The notes beneath the pieces are model-generated. The model worked only from the letters and a program-made list of their open reading frames with translations, had not been told where the DNA came from and ran no database searches. DNA of 60,419 bases, the filler included, from Dugesia japonica (taxonomy: Eukaryota), in the NCBI GenBank assembly GCA_001938525.1. It is 6 parts of 6 records of this genome, joined end to end, with 100 filler letters (N's around TTAATTAATTAA, not from the genome) between each part and the next. Parts side by side here need not be neighbours in the genome. Positions count along the whole stretch, not along the records: positions 22,867 to 33,107 come from MQRL01493857.1; positions 33,208 to 42,130 come from MQRL01641582.1; 4 more parts are not named here. The stretch is one strand, 5' to 3'. How positions within the stretch are numbered: position 1 is the stretch's first letter; each line of letters starts with the position of its first letter. A program made the translations under genes and the position numbers. Shown one piece after another: positions 26,651 through 40,625 of this stretch.

Positions 26651-27309
26651 AATGATATAATATAAGTAAATAATATTAATTCAAATTACATTTGAAATTT
26701 TAAATAATACTCATAATTGAATCAAATTATGAGAAGGAAGCATTTGTTGATAGTAGTCATTTAGGTAATATATATTTAGTTTTCTTTATTCTGAATCTAA
26801 TGATAACAAAATTGAACCTATATTATAGTTATTATCTGAGAAACTTATACGCAAAAGTTCAAATAGTTCGAAACACACGTACTTTTACCTTAAGAATAAA
26901 ACTTTTTCGAAGGTAATATCGTACAATATGTAGTCAGTATTTAAATCTGAATATAATAATACTGACATCTGTCACTATACAATAGTTTTAACCAGTTATG
27001 TCCTACACCAATTATCAACACCCTCGAGCAATTTTCATAGGGAAGAAAGAATTTTTAGATAAAAATACAAGTTTATGAGACATGCTTATCTTACTTTTAT
27101 ATGTTTTATCCAACCATACTGGTTTTGATCTGAAATTGTCTAAATCACTATGTCGGTTGGAGAAGGCGGTGATGTATTGATGTAGTTATGGAATCCATAA
27201 ATAGTAAGTAATGTACTCCATTTAGTGGGCTTAACAAATAGTAAGTTTTTAGCTGCTTTCGAGCAATCCAACCATTAACATTGAGATTCACTTTCACCAA
27301 CTGGACAAA

Positions 27310-27680
27310 TTGAATGAATGTGTCAAGCTGAAGAGGTCAGCATTGGCAAACAGAAGATAAATAGTATATCACCAAAAACAATGCTAGATATCACTCATGT
27401 TTTTTGATTAGAAAGAAACTATTGGATCTTGGATGGGATATGTTACCACATCCACAATATTCACCCGATCTAGCTACATCCGAATTTAATTTATATCACT
27501 ACTTGCATCATTCTTAGGATGTCCGAATGTTTGACTTAAATGAAGTTATCAATATTCACTTGATTCAATTCTTCTAAAATAAACGCAAGAAGTTCTACCC
27601 GGACGTAATCTTAAAATTACCTGGTATTTGACAGAAGGTGTTGGATCAAAATGAGCAGTATCTTTTCAATTCAAAATGTT
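27310..27680 (+). mobile_element. mariner transposase C-terminal remnant
   Basis: GWDMLPHPQYSPDLATSEFNLY corresponds to the HPPYSPDLAPSDY motif. Confidence 0.85.
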
Positions 27681-28479
27681 TTTATTAACAAAAAATTTAA
27701 TCTTGAATTTTACTGAAAACCCATTTATTTTACTATTTTATAATTATATCGATTAATTAATATAATTTATAATTTTTATATGTATAACTTTTATATATAT
27801 TATATTTTTATATGTTTTTTATAATTATTAAAAATATNATTAATTTTCATTTTCTTAAACATGATCTCAACAGTTGATCAATTATAAATAACTGACAAAT
27901 GTAATGAATTTCGTTTTCAAGGTCATTATTAAAAGCAACAAATTAGTCATCTTTTATTATTTTCATTTTTAATTATCACCAAAATGTTACATTTCCATAT
28001 TTAAATAAAAAGAAAAAACGGCTACACAATAGAAATTACTTTGAAAATTCTGTTAATAAATAATGACTGTGACTATTCATAACAGCAAATTTTAATGTTT
28101 TTATTTTTTGTTTCACTGCATCAATGATCAATTTTATTGTTAATATGAATATTTCGTAATGATCATTTTCTTGTGTTTAATTTAGATTTCATTTAATCAA
28201 ATGAACAAGTTTTTATGTTAACATAAATCCAAGACTTAATATTATAATTAATGTTTTTTAATTTGTTTTTAATTTTTAACCACTAATTTTTAATTTAAAA
28301 TGTTTTTAAATTTTTCATAAATAATTTTTTCAATTTATTCAGTAACTTAATAATTAATTAACTTAATCAATAAATTAATGTAACTTCAATTTTATTGCGT
28401 TAAAATTGCCAACCGTTTTGGTAGTTATAAATATCTAGAAAATATTAGAAAAATGAGAACAAAATAATTTTGACAAAGG

Positions 28480-29345
28480 GATATATTTATATTTGCATAT
28501 ATAGGGGTACCCGAAAAAATTGCGTTTTACAGTACAAGTATAGAAATATCACTATCTTGAACTGCTGATAACATAGATCAAATGCATCGTATTGGTGGAA
28601 ATGATCCTCGTTTATGTATAAGTGACGTTTCAAGATTATCGTGGGGCGCAATTTAGCTAATTCTGACTTATAATCTCCACAAATATAGCGTCTGTGAGAA
28701 ATGGGTCTCTCATACATTGTCGGATGTCGTGGAAAAACCAGAGTTAGTAGAGATCCAGTACCATCCTACCGAACCTCTATGAAAGTATAATAGTGATAGA
28801 TGAGGAATAGTTTTATAAATATCCTCTACCACCGATAAAAAATGTAAGGGCTTGGGTCGATAACAAAGCTGATAGACCTGAAGTTTCTCGATGTCTCAAT
28901 ACCATTAAACATCAAATATTTGTGGCAATTAACTTTAGAGGAAAATACTAATTTGATATTGTTAAACGGGCCATCTTCGTGAATTCAGAGGGATACATTC
29001 AATTCCTCACTAATTTTCTGTGCTGTTCATAGATGAGAATCCTTAAGAATCATGTAAGACAATGCAAGATCACATACTGTGGAAATTAATCTAAATTTCT
29101 TTTGTAACAATAAAGTTAAAACTCTTCATCAGCCACCATACTTACCAAACATGAATCATTTAGACAGAGTCGTGTTTAAAATTATGGAGGTTACACGAAA
29201 AGACATCACATTTACCAACTCAGAACACGTCCATGTTTTTTGCTGAATTATTTTTGTTATTCGAGAAAATACTTTGAGCAATGAATTTTCAAATTGAGAA
29301 ACGATCTTCAAAACAACATTGATACAGGTGGAAATTACTTATGAA
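28480..29345 (+). mobile_element. Tc1/mariner-superfamily transposase pseudogene
   Basis: IIVIDEE.FY, NSEGYIQFL, DNARSHT, QPPYLPNMNHLD..VF and IDTGGNY motifs. Confidence 0.75.
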
Positions 29346-29894
29346 AGATGAAACCTGTGAATAAAGAACTATGTTAATAATTTGTTACTTGTTATAATAC
29401 TTTTAAAATAAATTAGCTCTATTTGTAATGATATTTATCTACATTTATTTAAATACAGAATTTTTTTCTGGTTATCCCAATATTTTTATCTTTCAAAGAA
29501 GATAGTAGCACAAAACTAAAATTAAAAACAAAAATTATAATTTCAAAAATACAAATTACAAACTTAAAATACAAAATGAAAGTTATAAAGTAAAAATTTC
29601 AAACTCAATATTTAATAAAAATAGAACTTACTTAAAATTTCGTCGATTTAAACAAAAAAATTAATGAAATAAATAAATAAAAATAAATATATAAACTACT
29701 GAAAGAAAATCGATAAATCCATAAATAAACAAATAAATTTAATTTATTAAAATAAAAATGAATGAAAGAATGGAAAGAAAGTTTTCAGGGACATATGTAG
29801 AGATTTGTTTGAGAAGGTGAGTAACGTGGAGTCAGTAGATGCAGGGCAAATAGACTGCCAAGTAAGCATTGACATATTGTAATTGTTCAAGTTC

Positions 29895-31992
29895 AAGGGA
29901 AGTAAACTATCATATTTGAGTATTCAAATTTGCGTGTTTTTGACTATTTGAATGCGAATATTTTCCTCATATTCGAATAATTTCAAAAGTGTAAAGGCAC
30001 AGTAAGCTTTGAAAGAAATACTGTTCATTTCTCCTCTTGCAAACAAAATATTACGTATATGTTAGTAAACAGAAATGAAACTGAAAAGTAAACAAAATTC
30101 TAAAAACGTTTATATAACCTTGAGGTGGAGAAATGAAATTGCCTTTTTGTAAAGTATTAATTTTGCGTTATATTATTTCTGTTAGCTTTTAGAAAACAGC
30201 CGGTTGTTAAAATTGCTTAAAAATATTCGTAGAATTTAATTAATTACTGTATAAGAAAGACGTAAATAAATTGGTGAAGCCACATGTTGTACGCGCATAG
30301 GATGGAGAAGTTCAACCACTGCTACGATTAAGTATTTGAAACCACAAGATAAAATATTGATATCTAAATCTGTATCGGATAAACAAATTATAGAAAATAA
30401 ATTTTCTAAGAAAAAACAAAAATCTAAAACAAGTACTAATTGGCAATTTGTATAAAACATAATCTTTAGATGAAATATTGTCAAAAGTCGCAACTTTTAT
30501 GGGAATGTCGATTACTCAAATACAATTGAATGCTATGATCTGGGTTTGATGGAAATAACTAAGCAAAGAAATGCAGAAACAATTAAACATTTGGTTGAAG
30601 CTAAGTTAACAGACTTTGAGATTTTTTTAAAGATAATGTTATTACAGAATACACTAACAAAGCAGCAGCCGTAATATATTAGGTATTTTAAATCAATTTT
30701 GCCATAATCACGAGCTTCATTTAGTCGTGATGGGTTGTTCTTATATTCCAAAGATTTTTATTCCCAATGAAATGTTTGATGATACCAAAGATTTTGTTAA
30801 TGAATTTATAGAAGAAGAGATAGTAGAGAATTCCACAGAAGATCAGTACTTTGATTATAATTTGAAGTTTATTGAGGAAAATGAATTTATTATGACATTT
30901 GTTATAGATTTTGATCAAATTATTAACAGGTTTATAAGATTTTGTAAAAATGGGAAAATCTCAAGTTAAATTTAGACATAAAAACTCGATAGAATTCTTT
31001 GAGTGCGACGATTCGATGATTTTTAATTCTATCAGAGCATATTAACAAATCATTAGACAAATTGAATTTTGATTAAATCCCTGAAAATGTTAAATTTGTC
31101 ATACAAAAAAACTTGTTGATGTTCTCGAACCATTTGAAACAATCGTTACTGAATTGAGTAAAAATAATGCAAACCGCATAGCAGCTAAAGGAGTTTACTA
31201 ATTAATATTTGAAAAGTTGCAACATATGCAAACTAATATAGCAAAAAAGTGATACATGCTATCAAAAAAAGGATGGATGAGAGAAGAGATCCAGTTTTAA
31301 TGACACTGATAATGTATTTACTGAGTGGAAATTTACAAGTTTTAACGATCATTTTAAATATTTCTCAAAAAATACAGCAATTTCATTGGTTGTTGAAATT
31401 ATGGAGCAAATATATCCAAAAATGTTTATAAAAAAAGCATTTTATTAATGATTCTACCTCATCTTCATCTGAGGCAAATGTTTTAAAAGAATTAACATCG
31501 CAAGCTGGATTGTAAATAGAACTAAAAAATGCAATAAATTATACTACAGTTACACGAAACTGCCATATTTGTAATCGCAGCCAAATTGATAAATATAACG
31601 AACTGAAGAAAGAATTTTGTCAATTGGATTCTTACAAAAAACGGTCGACAACATTGGGCACTTTATATCACGCTTTAGTAACTATACGCTCTACATCAAC
31701 AACTTCTGAAAGAGTATTTTCAACAGCAGGTTCAATTACAACAAAAGGAAGAACAAGTTAGAAATTTGAAATATTCAATTCACTTTTATTTTTAAATGTT
31801 TTTAGATAAAAATTAATATTTCAAATAATAGAATCGTTCAAAATCAAATCTTAAATGCTTTATTATTAAATTATCATTATTTTTTATTTTGTCTTTTTAC
31901 TTTTCATACATTTTTCGAATATTCGATTACTCAAATATTTTTAGATTTTTCTATTTGATAATCAAAAAACGCTCGAATTGTTGGATGCATTA
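29895..31992 (+). mobile_element. Decayed hAT DNA transposon
   Basis: Dimerisation-domain motif TIRSTSTTSERVFSTAG..T.K.R at about 31680-31760, L.PFE..V.ELSK upstream, and TATTCGAATA-like subterminal motifs at both ends. Boundaries are approximate. Confidence 0.75.
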
Positions 31993-31994
31993 AA

Positions 31995-32770
31995 AAGAAG
32001 CAGATGCAGTGTTTGCTGGACACAGATGCGGGAATTTATGTATTTAGTTCAGAATGTTGAAGAAAACTGTGAAACAAGTGACTAGAAGAATGTGAAATGA
32101 ATTTACGTTGTGCCAAAATCAGTACTTTGAAAAAGATGAAGAAAGTTAGATTGGATTTATGGGTGGGCACTAGGACATATCGAATTACAGTCATTGTTGG
32201 AAGATACGTTTTACCAGAGAATATAATTTTTAAATATTTATTTCATTAGAGCAAGTTAAAGAGAGGAGTTAAAAACACTAAAGGACTATATTTGCAATTT
32301 GGAGGTGCATATGGGTAGATTCATTGATACTGGATAACTTTGGGACAAAGCGGAGAAAAGTATAAAATAGGGAGATGATACTTAGATGATGAGGTGATCC
32401 AAACCGATGATGATGAAAATAAGGAAATTGAGGGGATAGATTTTAATGGCGGACAAGTGAGATGTGGGCAAGACACATTTGACTAAACATAAGATCATCA
32501 CGAAAGCGAACCAGTTAATATGAAGCATACAAACAGTCGATGAATTTAGAAGAGAAAATAGACTAAGCGATCAGAAACTTGTTCGAAAACGATATTATTC
32601 GAAGATGTAACTCACTTTGGAATATTATCATTTTAAATGCCTGGAATAAAGAGGAAAATATATTGGATTATGCTTGGACTTAAGAAGATTAAACAAAATC
32701 ACAGAAAGACATGTATTTCCGATGCCAAATTTAAAAGAAATGTTAGATAATTTGAGTAAAGCAATGTTAC
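31995..32770 (+). mobile_element. Ty3/Gypsy fragment (protease to RT N-terminus)
   Basis: CLLDTDAG, LTKHKIIT, IIRRCNSLWN, LCLDLRRLNKITER..FPMP. Confidence 0.8.
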
Positions 32771-33546
32771 TTAAACATTTGGATTGCATTTAAATAAACA
32801 TTAGATAAACATTCCCAGGGAATTACTCTAAAACAGGAGTGCATATATAACTGAATGAAATTAAGTTATACTTATAACATCTGTCGATTTTTATATAAAG
32901 TTTACATATTGTTTAGTCAACGTTTTCTAACTTTCTATGTAAATTAATGAAATTGGTTCATAAATGAGTGTATGAATTATTGTACTCAATGTATATTTTA
33001 TTGACATTTGTATTAATCCTAATACGATTTGAATGTTGTAATGAAATTAGAATAATAATTAGAAATTTACATTTAAATTAATGAAATTAGTGTATGCTTG
33101 TGTATACNNNNNNNNNNNNNNNNNNNNNNNNNNNNNNNNNNNNNNNNNNNNTTAATTAATTAANNNNNNNNNNNNNNNNNNNNNNNNNNNNNNNNNNNNN
33201 NNNNNNNTTGCAATCAATTTTCTTCTAGTTTCCACAGTTTTCTAAATTTCAATAATTTAAACCTTTTAGAATTTCTTTTTTTCGTAATGTATTTTCATTT
33301 TTATAATAGTTTTGATGGCTTCAATTTTTCCAAATATTTCCGCTTATTGTAAAAATACTTAACTATAACAAACTTAAATCTTCAGATAATTCGATTTTTC
33401 CATGTGACTTCTCAAGCAGAACTTGAAATAAATTAATTTTAATTGTTAATTTACATACTTTTTTCTTCAGTTTATATTTGTAACCACATGCTAAACTTTC
33501 ATTAAAATAAAGTAAGTTTCGATCAAACTAATTTGTTGTTTAATAG

Positions 33547-33584
33547 ATATTCAAATTTTCGGCAATTGTCTTCTTCAGGAATAT
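33547..33584 (-). ncRNA. Minimal type I hammerhead ribozyme motif
   Basis: Minus strand reads ATATTC-CTGAAGA-A-GAC(AATT)GCC-GAAA-ATTT-GAATAT, giving a 6-bp stem I and an intact core. Confidence 0.75.
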
Positions 33585-33854
33585 GATGATGACTTTTTGA
33601 TAGATTTAAACAATATTAAAACATTGTTAGAAAATTGTTTATATTTCATCAAAATTTTATTGGTTTACTTAAATTATAAATTTAATTTTAAATTAATTTT
33701 AATTTAATCTCAAAATTTTTAATTAAATTGAAAATATTTAAATGTTCAATTATAAGTTGTATTTTATTATTTTTTTTATATTTAAAATTTTTAAAATTAT
33801 AATTATCATAAATTAATATAATTTTATTCAATTCAATTTTTATTATAATTGTTT

Positions 33855-36620
33855 ACATATAATCCACTTCTCCATTATTGCTTTCCGTATGGTATCTTCA
33901 TCTAGTCTGGTTATTGTTATCAAGGCTACATACTTACTGCATTGATCTATTATACCGAGAACATATCTTTTTCGACCTATTGTCTTCGGCAGTGGTCTAC
34001 ATANNNNNNNNNNNNNNNNNNNNNNNNNNNNNNNNNNNNNNNNNNNNNNNNNNNNNNNNNNNNNNNNNNNNNNNNNNNNNNNNNNNTTCTGGCATGTTAT
34101 ACAGCTTCGGACAACCTCTTGTACTTTGCTCCACAAAATTTTCACGTTATATTTATGCTTCTTATACGCTACTACCTTTTCTGCTCCAGCATGACACAAA
34201 ATATGGTGTATCCTCATTATAACCTCTTCTACTTTATCATCAGGTATCCATGTTCCTTCATCATTCTCACCAAAATTGCATTGTTTTTCTTGAATATCTG
34301 CTTTATTTAATATCCTTGTTTTTCATTTTCCACTTTTGAGAGATTTATGTGACATTAGACATTGTGCATATGTATCGTATTTACTCCTTGACAACATATC
34401 CACATTTGTATGAAGCGATCCTTTTCTATATTCCAATTTTTTTTTATTTAAACTGCTCAAATAATTAATCCAGGTTTGAAATTGTGATGTAATTGGCTTC
34501 TTGGTATTTAGCATAAAAGTAATGGCTTTATAATATGTTCTGAGGATAAATTTGTTCCCATATCAATAATGTTTGAAATGAATACAAAAGTAGTAAATTT
34601 CGAGTAATTCTTTCCGCATAGTACAATATCCTTTCTTATGACTCGTCATTACGTGTGATCTATATGCAATAACACTTTCTTGCTCATTGTTGTCCTTTTG
34701 AGATAGTACTGCCCCAATCGTATNGAAACTCAAATCTGTGTCCAAAATGAATCCTCTATTTATATCTGAAAAACAAAATATTAGAGACATCATTAATGTT
34801 TCTTTCATTCCATTAAAAACGTCTTTAAATTCGTTCGTCCATTCAATTTTCTTGTTACTCGGCCAACTACATAGTTGTTCCAGCAATCTAGCTTTTTTTC
34901 GAATAATCTCTAATAAACTTGCGATAGTAATTGCAAATTCCCANNNAGCTTCTCATTTTCTTAACACATTTTGGTTTACCAAAGTTCTTAATTGCTTCTA
35001 TTTAGTTGGATCTGTTTTGACGCCTTCTGTACTGATAACGTGTCCCAAAAATTTGATCTCCTTTCGTATGAATTGAAATTCCTCTTAAATTATCTTTAAA
35101 CCAGCATTCTTAGTTTCTGTCAATACCTTATTGACTATTTCATAGTGTTGCTTCTTTGTTTCGGTAAATATTAGAATATCATCCAGGTAAACAATTGCTT
35201 CTTTTATTTCCCCGATCACTTTATTCCTCATTTCCTAGGACGTACCTGGTGCTGCCTCAATTCCAAAAGGCATTCTATTGAAATAAAATCGCATTTTTTT
35301 AGTCGAAAAAGCTGTCTTCTCTTGAGAATCTTCACTGANNNNNNNNNNNNNNNNNNNNNNNNNNNNNNNNNNNNNNNNNNNNNNNNNNNNNNNNNNNNNN
35401 NNNNNNNNNNNNNNNNNNNNNNNNNNNNNNNNNNNNNNNNNNNNNNNNNATAGAAAACACTTGTCTTTCTGTTATTGCATTGAGCCGTCTTAAGTCTAAG
35501 CATAATCTTAAATCCATTTTTTCCTTTTTCCCAAAGCAGATTAATGGCGTATTCCATTGAGAGTTATACTTCCAGATAATACCGTTATCATACAAGCTCT
35601 TGATGGCCTCTTCAATCTTTTCTTCTTGATTCATTGGTTAACGATACAGTTTTATGTCCATTGGAACTTCTTTAGTGATTATTCGATGCTTCGTTAAGTG
35701 TTTGCATCCAATGTCTCATTTATCCGCCATAAATACATCCTTATTATTCTAAATAATCGCAGTCAATCTATGATTTTTGTTAATTTCTAGAATCTCCATT
35801 GCATGTCTCCTTTGTTCTTCCGTCTGAATCCACCTTCCAAATTTCTCCTCAATGTTGCACACAAATGTTTACAATGATTAGTGATATCTACCCTGAACTT
35901 TTTTTGCAGATGATACCAAAAATATTCTGATATTCCACTCCACCAATTTGATTTGGTATTAGTTTCTCTAATATGATAAATGTTACTTCCTTGCACACCA
36001 CCGAAATTATAATTTCGATACGTATATTTTTATCTGTCTCCAATTAGCTGTTACTCGCACAATGCAACCGTTCTTNGCTTTTCTCTAACATTGTTTCTTC
36101 GAGTCTATTAAATCCTTTCACGCTCATTACATTTATTCTTGCTCATGCATCGAACAAACAATCAAACTGTTAACCCTTGATAATTACTGAAATGCTAGGT
36201 CTCCCTTGCATTTTATCATACGAAATTTCTACATTCTGTTTCTCTTCAATTGTTCTTATTACTTCTGCTTTGTTAACTTCTACATCATTTTTAGGAATCT
36301 GGAAACCTTTTTTCTCAATTTACTCGTTTCATCCTATATTTCGGCCTCTTGAGGTTATTCAAACTGTATCTAGTTTAATGAATGCCTGCGAGCAACTCCT
36401 CTACTGATGGATCCCTGCCTTTTGGGTATTCTCTTCTAAGATCATCATTTTCTATTATGCTCTCATGAGAATTATTTGGACAATCTTTTTGTATACCCAT
36501 AACTCTGACATGTCCAACACTGTGGTTCTGTTCTTTTTGTTACTCTCTCGATATTTTGTCTCTTTTCTCTTGAACGTTCCCCACGTTTCACACCCGCTTA
36601 ACTCTTTACTACGTTTGTGA
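33855..36620 (-). mobile_element. pol: Decayed Ty3/Gypsy pol, 3'-truncated within the integrase
   Basis: WNTPL, LRLCLDLRRLN, YLDD, FILDTD, HTNVDMLSR, HHILCH..CITCQ. Same family as 54100-57050. Confidence 0.9.
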
Positions 36621-36869
36621 GAATGAAATTTGAATTGTTTAATTTCAAATTTATATGCGCAATTAAAATATTTATAAAATCTTTGAAATTTTAAATATTT
36701 CAAGAAAATAATTAAAATAATTAATATTAAAATTTTTCTTATTAGTTTTTATTTGATAACAACTTTGTCTTAAATAAATGTTAGATGANNNNNNNNNNNN
36801 NNNNNNNNNNNNNNNNNNNNNNNNNNNNNNNNNNNNNNNNNNNNNNNNNNNNNNNNNNNNNNNNNNNAA

Positions 36870-39115
36870 GTTAGGCGACAATCTGGACAGTTTCTTGAGG
36901 GACGTCAGTCGATTCTTCAAAGCGAACGAAATTCCCAAATATTTACAAGAAACTGTAATCAATAAGATAATTGAGCTGAAGCTTGAAGAAAGATATGAAG
37001 CATCAGAGAACAAAGTCAAGGGGTATGAAGCTAGGCTACGACTACTAGTGAAAAAGCCAATAGACGTTTTTGAAGACCTAGAAGAATTCATTTGTTACAG
37101 GCAAGGTGATACCAATAATGAGGTATTCTTTCACGATGTAGAAAAACTGGCAGATAAACTGCTTAGCCATAATCTGTCAAAAGAGTCGTTAATATCAGCA
37201 CTCCTGATAAATGCANNNNNACAGAAGAAGGCAAAGAAAGAGATTCTGATGAAAAAGTTTTCCAAACCAGAGGAAATAAAGGAAATTATAAGAGAAATTT
37301 CAAGAATTGCCAAAAAGACAGAAGGAATAACCCTGATGCGTAGCTACAAGGAGGCATTATACACGGAACCAAAAAGAACGATACCAAGGATGCAGGAATT
37401 AACCTTTAAAGAGCCAAATACCATAAGAGAGTTTATAACAAAGAAAGTAGAATGTTGGAACTGCCACAAATCGGGACACTTAAGTCTGGAGTGCCCAGAC
37501 AGAATTCCTCCTTGTATGTGAAAGTGTAGGGTATATCAGAAGACAGTGCAACAAGATAATGTGCGGAAAACCGCACTGTTTTACAGAGATTTAGTACAAG
37601 AGATAGAACGAATAACCTTAGGAATATAAGAGAAATGAGGTAAAAAAGCTCCCATATCCGGATAAACATGTTAACATCAATGCAGTGGAAGATGATGAGA
37701 CAAGTAACAAGGAATATGAGGACAACAGATATGAAAACTTTAGATATGGTAAGAACAGATATGACGCAAACGTATATGAATAAAGGAGAAATCCAAATGG
37801 AGAAGCTCCGCCAACTGAGGACATAGTAGGAGCTGTAGAACTCAAAATCTAATGGATGATCCCCAAAATATCGATAGTTATATTACAAGTAGTCATATCA
37901 ATAATATAGAACGAGTTTAATAAAGAACGAGTTTATAATTTTTTAAAGAAAGAGATATCAGTAATCAAGGGAGAAACATCAGTAGAACCAACAATCGCAA
38001 CAGTAGAAGAATAGGGAAAAGGTGTGGTTAGATATGATATAATGCCGGATAAACCGAGCATTGCGATAAAGATCAAAAACATAAAGTTTGAATGCCTACT
38101 GGATACCAGAGCAAGAAATAATGTGATGGATATGGATGTGTTTAACAAATTAAAGGATGTCCCATTATTAACAATCAAGGACAGACTACAGTGCGCTAAC
38201 GATAGTTCATTAAGTACCAAAAGAAGATTTGAGGTGGAAGTGAGAATCGGCAATACGACTAGATGGATTAATTTTATAGTTGTTAAAAAATTAATCCCTA
38301 GGATTATTGGTGGCATTGAGTTGCAGACCAGTTTTGGATTAGAACTAAATTGGATAGATAGAGCAAAAAAAGACAATCAAGATTGGATTTGCAATATTGA
38401 GCCGCATTTTAGAAGGATTATTACAAATGAAGAAAGATGTCAAAAAGCTATGAGTGAGATAAATACATTGAAAAATGGCACATATGCGAAGCATGTCAGC
38501 TAGTGAAGGTGATAACAACTAAAACTAAAGAAGAAACTAAAAAATCCGAGTTGGCGAGGCCGTTTGAAAGAATATATATAGATATAGAAGGACCATGGAC
38601 AGAAACGTTCTATAAAAAGAAATATATCGTAGCTAGTATCGACCAGAATAGTAAATATATATCATTGACAGCAACAGCAAAACAAGATGAAGAGTCATTA
38701 ACTCGTGTATTGAAAGATAACTGGATATTAAAGGTAGGAGCTCCGAGATATATTCATACAGATTGTGGAAAGGTATTTGAATCACAAAGAATGAAGAAAT
38801 GGGCAGATGAGATGAATATTAAACTATGTTTCTCAAGTCCTTATCATCACAATACGAATGGACAGGTAAAAAAGCAAGTTCGGACTATCAGCGACTGGAT
38901 TTGAGCATCAACAGCAGACAGAAATGCATAGAATTGGGCAAAGATTCTACCAGAGATTGAATTTGCGATGATTGCGACAGTACAGAAAACAACAGGTAAA
39001 AGCCCGGCGAAAACGGTGTTTGGTAGAAAAATCAGCAGAGAAAGGTGGTTTCCAGCTAGACAACTAGAGTTTGAGAAGGTAGACAATAAACCAAAGCTTA
39101 CGTACTGAACCAAAA
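36870..39115 (+). mobile_element. Ty3/Gypsy gag-protease-integrase with RT/RNase H deleted
   Basis: Gag knuckle CWNCHKSGHLSLEC and protease CLLDTRAR, then an abrupt jump near 38480 to CEACQ.. and the integrase core (IYIDIEGP, IHTDCG, PYHHNTNG). Confidence 0.85.
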
Positions 39116-39329
39116 GAACTTTCGTTATTGCGCAGTTTGTCGTGTTTACCCCTACAAAATATTATTTTTTCAAATTATTTATTTAAAATTATTATTATTA
39201 TTATTATCATGCTTTTAAATTTTTATATAAATATTAATAAATTATTTAAATTATTTTTTGAACGTTTTTCCAAATAATTCCAAAAACATTCAACGCGTTA
39301 AACTGATTAATTGTAATAATGGCCTTTTA

Positions 39330-40256
39330 TCTATGGGTAATTCCAAATTTATCCGAAACAATGTCTACATTACATGATCTCATTTTAATCTCAGTCAAAA
39401 GCCAGAAAAACGACCAATCTCTCAAAGATGTACAAAGTCTGAAGCGGAAAAGATTTAAGAAAGATGTTCTGATTGACACTTCGAAGGCTAACACGAAAAT
39501 TGTTTTACCTGAATGTTTTCGCTTTTATAAATTCAAAAGACTCCATAATTTGTATCATCAAGGATCAAATTCAACAATTAGATTACTGACAAGTTGTTAT
39601 ATTTGGCTACGATTGAAATCCAAAATTCATAAATGGTGCAGATTTTATCAGATATGTACAAGCTAATAAAATAACTAGGCACAAAAAATCACCATTAGGA
39701 TCGATTCCAAATCTGGGGAAATTTAAAGAATTGCACATGGATTTGGTTGGTTCTTTACCCAGCATTAACAATAAAAAGTTTATAATAACAATGATTGATC
39801 GTAATAATTCATGGACAGACGTAGTGGCTTTGAATGAAATTACATCCGGATCAGTGTAAAAGATTTAACTATAGAATGGAAATCTCGCTTCGGAGTACCA
39901 GAGGTAATAGTAAGCGACAATGGTAGATAATTTATATCTGACAAATTTAACGATTTCTGCAATTACTTTGAAATTGAGCATAGACATACAACACCATACC
40001 ACCCACAGTACAATAGAAAAATAGAAAGATTCCACAGGTCTCTAAAAAATGGTCAATGAACTAATGCTAAACGCAGTTAGTTAGAAAACCTATCCATTAA
40101 CAATATAAGGAATCCGAAACCCGGCAGGAGAAGATTCAGAGTTATCACCAGGACAAACAGTTTTTGGTACTAATATTCATTTACCAGGTGATATTATTTT
40201 ACCATCATGCTCTGACAGACAAACAAATTCTCTTCAATCTGATGGGGGGGGGTGGT
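39330..40256 (+). mobile_element. Gypsy-type integrase fragment of a different family, ending in a G-tract PPT
   Basis: HQG...T..L....YIW, LHMDLVG, RFGVPEVIVSDNG, YHPQ.N.KIERFHRSLK. A G9 tract is followed by TGTAGT. Confidence 0.8.
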
Positions 40257-40625
40257 TGATGTAGTATTACACTCAGAAAATAATAAATTAAATATATTAA
40301 ATATTTCAATTAATTTTGTTTATATTATTTATTTTATTGAAATACATAATTTTAATTTTACTTGGATTCTTCTCATTTAAATTACGTCATTCGATATTGA
40401 CTAAAATGCACAGAGCAAAAAACGCTTACAGGAATATTGAGAAAAGATAATAATATATTATGTGTTCAAGATACATTTGAGAATATTTTTATCGATTTCT
40501 GTGGCCTATAGTGAGTAGAAATGCTAAAAAAGTGGCTAAAAGTCAATTTTTGAATTATCATTTTTGAATGAAATTTTCGTTGTATTTATTGTTATGCCCT
40601 TATCAACAAAGCTTCACACATGACT

